NCBI GenBank assembly: GCA_019058015.1 | Contig: JAHLWH010000262.1 | Span: 1-10,029 of the forward strand | Source: Promethearchaeota archaeon | GTDB taxonomy: Archaea > Asgardarchaeota > Lokiarchaeia > Sigyniarchaeales > SOKP01 | Direction of reading: 5' to 3' | Length of the DNA stretch: 10,029 nucleotides | Shown here: positions 7,632 through 10,029 of the stretch, piece after piece | Layout of the letters: the number at the start of each line of letters is the position of its first letter | How positions within the stretch are numbered: the first letter of the stretch is position 1 | The notes under the pieces: model-generated | Seen by the model: only the letters and a program-made list of their open reading frames with translations | Told to the model about the DNA's origin: nothing | Databases searched by the model: none | Program-made: the position numbers and the translations under genes

Positions 7632-7665
7632 AATAAACAGATCTATTTAAATGGATCTATTTATT
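7632..7665. promoter_or_regulatory. 34-bp palindrome centred on the putative vapBC TATA box (candidate VapB operator)
   Basis: aataaacagatctattt|aaatggatctatttatt; the arms are complementary at 15/17. The central TTTAAA (7646-7651) lies 25-30 nt upstream of the vapB ATG. Confidence 0.7.
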
Positions 7666-7694
7666 ATTAAAAATCGTTAAGAAAATTTGTTTAA

Positions 7695-7738
7695 GATAAG
7701 ATTCTTCCGCCAATTAAAGAGCGGATCGGAATTATGCC
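7695..7738. repeat. 44-bp imperfect direct repeat, copy 2
   Basis: gataagattcttccgccaattaaagagcggatcggaattatgcc. Internal stem TCCGC (7706-7710) / GCGGA (7721-7725). Confidence 0.9.
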
Positions 7739-7782
7739 ATTAAAAGAACAAGTTGCAAAATAATTATTAACAAGTTTCTCAT
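7732..7782 (-). CDS. Possible 16-aa hydrophobic peptide
   Basis: ATG at 7782 to TAA at 7734-7732: MRNLLIIILQLVLLMA. Ends on the same GCA-TAA of the repeat as vapC does in copy 1. No clear SD; may be a chance ORF. Confidence 0.25.
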   Translation of the reverse strand: MRNLLIIILQLVLLMA

Positions 7783-7802
7783 CGTTAAATGGAAAATAAA
7801 TT

Positions 7803-7812
7803 AAAAAAAAAA
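7803..7812 (-). terminator. Oligo-T tract, possible archaeal terminator
   Basis: A10 on the + strand (T10 on the - strand), starting about 14 nt past the stop of the 7826-8050 frame. Confidence 0.4.
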
Positions 7813-7825
7813 GAAATAAATAGAT

Positions 7826-8050
7826 TTAATTAAAGTTTAAGCCTTTTTTACGTTTTTTGACTTTTCTTTTAAAAGTTATATACGTGCCTATGATAACAAT
7901 CTCCAGAAGAATTGGTATAACATATCCAGGAATAGAGGGGGCACCAGGCTCTTCAGGAAGAAGCTCCTCAGTAATATTAACAGTCACAGTTGAAGAGTCC
8001 CAATAACACATAGATTCATTAAAATATAAAATATCTATTAATAATTCTTT
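7826..8050 (-). pseudogene. C-terminal fragment of a surface protein with a Loki-CTERM/PGF-CTERM-like sorting signal
   Basis: Frame is open from 8050 (TAA at 8053-8051): KELLIDILYFNESMCYWDSSTVTVNITEELLPEEPGAPSIPGYVIPILLEIVIIGTYITFKRKVKKRKKGLNFN. Pro/Glu linker, IPGY, TM segment and basic tail are present, but there is no signal peptide or full ectodomain. Confidence 0.7.
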
Positions 8051-8102
8051 TTAATCCTTAAAAATATTTTTTTTTTAAGTTTAAACGAGTTTAATTGTTA
8101 TT

Positions 8103-8645
8103 TTAAATAGTTTGAGAAATATTTTTAAAGATTCGAATATCTTGGATGATTTTTTTAATCGTTTTTAAAAATTTTTCACTCCAATCATTATCAAGATCGA
8201 AAATTTTTACATCTCGATCTTTAATTTTCCAAAATTTAGACTCAAAATCTCTGGTTAATTCCCACTCAACAGTTTTCGCAAATAATTCGGTGTCCATTTC
8301 ATATGGAAATGGTATTTTTTCTACCTTATTTTTAAATTGGTCTAAATCTAACGGTTTCAAATTACGTACGTAAATAATTACAATTTTTTGGTTAGAATTT
8401 TTTAACGCAGATTTTACAGCGTATTTATGAAATCCAACCCCTGAAAATTCAAGTATAATATCTTTTGAAAATTGAGCTGCCTTAAGAAAATGATAATATG
8501 CAAGATAATCTCCTGCTATAGTTAAATCGCCGTATTTTTTACGATAATAGTCAATGGATTTAAATTTTATGTTAAGTTCTTTGGATAAAATAGAGGCGGC
8601 AGTTGTTTTTCCTGCATTGATATTCCCAATAATTAAAATTTTCAC
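8103..8645 (-). CDS. P-loop nucleotide kinase-like protein (NMP/shikimate kinase fold)
   Basis: 180 aa. N-terminal Walker A ILIIGNINAGKT, then SIDYYR and IILE. GTG start with AGAGGT SD (8657-8652). Confidence 0.85.
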   Translation of the reverse strand: MKILIIGNINAGKTTAASILSKELNIKFKSIDYYRKKYGDLTIAGDYLAYYHFLKAAQFSKDIILEFSGVGFHKYAVKSALKNSNQKIVIIYVRNLKPLDLDQFKNKVEKIPFPYEMDTELFAKTVEWELTRDFESKFWKIKDRDVKIFDLDNDWSEKFLKTIKKIIQDIRIFKNISQTI

Positions 8646-8657
8646 TTATTTACCTCT

Positions 8658-8670
8658 AAAAGATTCTTTT
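8658..8670. promoter_or_regulatory. Palindrome AAAAGA-T-TCTTTT, candidate transcription-factor site
   Basis: Identical to 4466-4478. Lies immediately upstream of the kinase SD. Confidence 0.35.
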
Positions 8671-8871
8671 TATTTTGTTAATTTATATTTTTTGCCTTTG
8701 TATTGAACATAATTTTCCAAATAATAGCGCCCCATTATAGATTTAATTTAGATATTTAAGTTTAAAAATTTAAATCTTTTTACGTAATTATTCTTTAGAT
8801 TTTATTTGAATATTATATTTTTAAAAATTTATTTGAAATTCCTTGGAATTAAAACACCTGTTAGAAATTGC

Positions 8872-10029
8872 ATGAAAAATAATCCTCTTGGACAATTTTA
8901 CACAAAGTCTGATATAGTTGATTTGATTTTAAGTTTAACTGTAACTAATAAAAGGCAAAATATTTTAGACCCGGGATGTGGACATGGAATTTTTTTACAG
9001 AGGGCCTATTCTCGGTTAATCCATATTAATAATAGTAAAAAAAATCAAAAAGAAATTTTGAATAACATTTGGGGCATTGATATATCTCCTTTTTTTAAAT
9101 TATTAGACAATAAAAATTATTTTAGAAATATCTTAAAAGCGGATTTTTTTAAAATTAAACCAAATCTCATATTAAAAAAGGAATTTTTTTGTCATTTAAA
9201 AGACTTAGAGCATTTTGATAAAAAAATTAGAATGCCTAAATTTGATGTTATTGTAGCAAATCCACCTTTTACGCGTCAAGAGCGAATAAATCATTCAATG
9301 GGTAAAAAATATAAAGAGAAATTAATCAAACAAATTGAGGAGGAGTTAAATCATACTATTTCATTGAGTAAGCGAACCAGTCTATATGCTTATTTTATTT
9401 ATCATAGTAGTATTTTTTTAAAAGCAAAAGGTGTTATGGGTTATATTACGCCCAATTTATGGCTCAATGTTGATTATGGAACGCAGTTGCAGGAATTTTT
9501 ATTAAAAAATTTTAAAATAAAGGCAATTGTTGGCTCGAAGGTGGAGCGATTTTTTGAGTTTGCAGAAGTTGATACGATAATTATCATATTGGAGAAGTGT
9601 TCCAATGAATCGGAACGCTTGAATAATGTTGTGAAATTTATACAGTTACGGGATAAATTAGCAAATATTTTAAGTAAATTTACAAATATTGATAAGAGTG
9701 AAGATTTGGGTGAAAATGAGCGATGGCAAATGAATAATGCATTTTGGAATTATATTAAAGATTTGGATAATTATATGGTTGATATGGAACATAATATTAG
9801 AATTTTCTCAATTAATCAGGGAGATCTTTGGAATCGTGGTTATGATAAAGAAGTTGGCAAATATATAGGTTCAAAGTGGGATTTATTTCTGAGAGCGCCT
9901 GATATTTATTTTATTTTATTGGAAAAAGGAAAGGAGTTTTTGGTGCCGCTAAAAGAAATAGGCACATTTCGGCGGGGCTTTACTACTGGAGCCAATCAAT
10001 TTTTTTATATTCCAGCGCCGGGTAAAAAG
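8872..10029 (+). CDS. Amino-DNA methyltransferase, probably N6-adenine (gamma class, N6_Mtase/Eco57I-like); 3' end runs off the window
   Basis: Translated by hand; open for 386 codons from ATG 8872 to the window end. Shows motif X GQFYT, motif I LDPGCGHG, WGIDI, ADFF, motif IV VANPPF (NPPF at 9259-9270), WLNVDYG, and RRGFTTGANQFFY where the target-recognition region is expected. Confidence 0.92.
   Translation, partial: MKNNPLGQFYTKSDIVDLILSLTVTNKRQNILDPGCGHGIFLQRAYSRLIHINNSKKNQKEILNNIWGIDISPFFKLLDNKNYFRNILKADFFKIKPNLILKKEFFCHLKDLEHFDKKIRMPKFDVIVANPPFTRQERINHSMGKKYKEKLIKQIEEELNHTISLSKRTSLYAYFIYHSSIFLKAKGVMGYITPNLWLNVDYGTQLQEFLLKNFKIKAIVGSKVERFFEFAEVDTIIIILEKCSNESERLNNVVKFIQLRDKLANILSKFTNIDKSEDLGENERWQMNNAFWNYIKDLDNYMVDMEHNIRIFSINQGDLWNRGYDKEVGKYIGSKWDLFLRAPDIYFILLEKGKEFLVPLKEIGTFRRGFTTGANQFFYIPAPGKK

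Noticed and set aside
6936-7738. 44-bp repeats as a SECIS element, CRISPR repeats, Xer dif sites or canonical attC
   Set aside because: No clear GAA/A or AUGA/GA SECIS core, and vapC ends in TAA with no in-frame TGA. Only two copies 759 bp apart. No ATAA-N6-TTAT dif geometry. No RYYYAAC/GTTRRRY cores, and shorter than typical attC.
8057-8079. Inverted repeat CTTAAAAA...TTTTTAAG with a T10 run
   Set aside because: Almost purely A/T in low-complexity intergenic DNA and not distinguishable from chance.
1167-8373. Short track ORFs 1167..1367, 3542..3757, 4156..4353, 5389..5577, 6436..6651, 6837..7040, 7013..7255 and 8146..8373
   Set aside because: They are antisense to, or overlap, well-supported genes and have no recognisable motifs, so they are treated as shadow ORFs.
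9259-9270. NPPF rather than NPPY as a sign of unusual chemistry
   Set aside because: NPPF is a normal motif IV in many m6A methyltransferases, for example type I HsdM such as EcoKI.

Overview
AT-rich archaeal accessory region, most consistent with an Asgard (Lokiarchaeia/Promethearchaeia-like) genome. The basis for that is an IPGY-TM-basic Loki-CTERM-type tail, archaeal VapB/VapC and AlaX genes, GAGGT/AGGTGA SD motifs, TTG/GTG starts and 40-aa TPR repeats; the taxonomy is inferred, not proven. Order of features: partial TPR gene (-); zinc-ribbon hypothetical (-); MBL-fold hydrolase (+); a minus-strand cluster of membrane-anchored metallophosphoesterase, multi-TM protein, orphan VapB-type antitoxin and an unannotated 48-aa CxxC/CxxC microprotein; L-cysteine desulfidase and AlaX editing factor (+); a vapBC module bracketed by 44-bp hairpin-forming direct repeats, with a 34-bp palindrome over its putative TATA box; a Loki-CTERM gene fragment; a P-loop kinase (-); and a partial N6-adenine DNA methyltransferase (+). 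The most interesting items are the VapB paired with a zinc-finger microprotein instead of a PIN toxin, and the repeat-bounded vapBC cassette, where each repeat copy supplies a stop codon. No rRNA, tRNA, CRISPR array or transposase was recognised.
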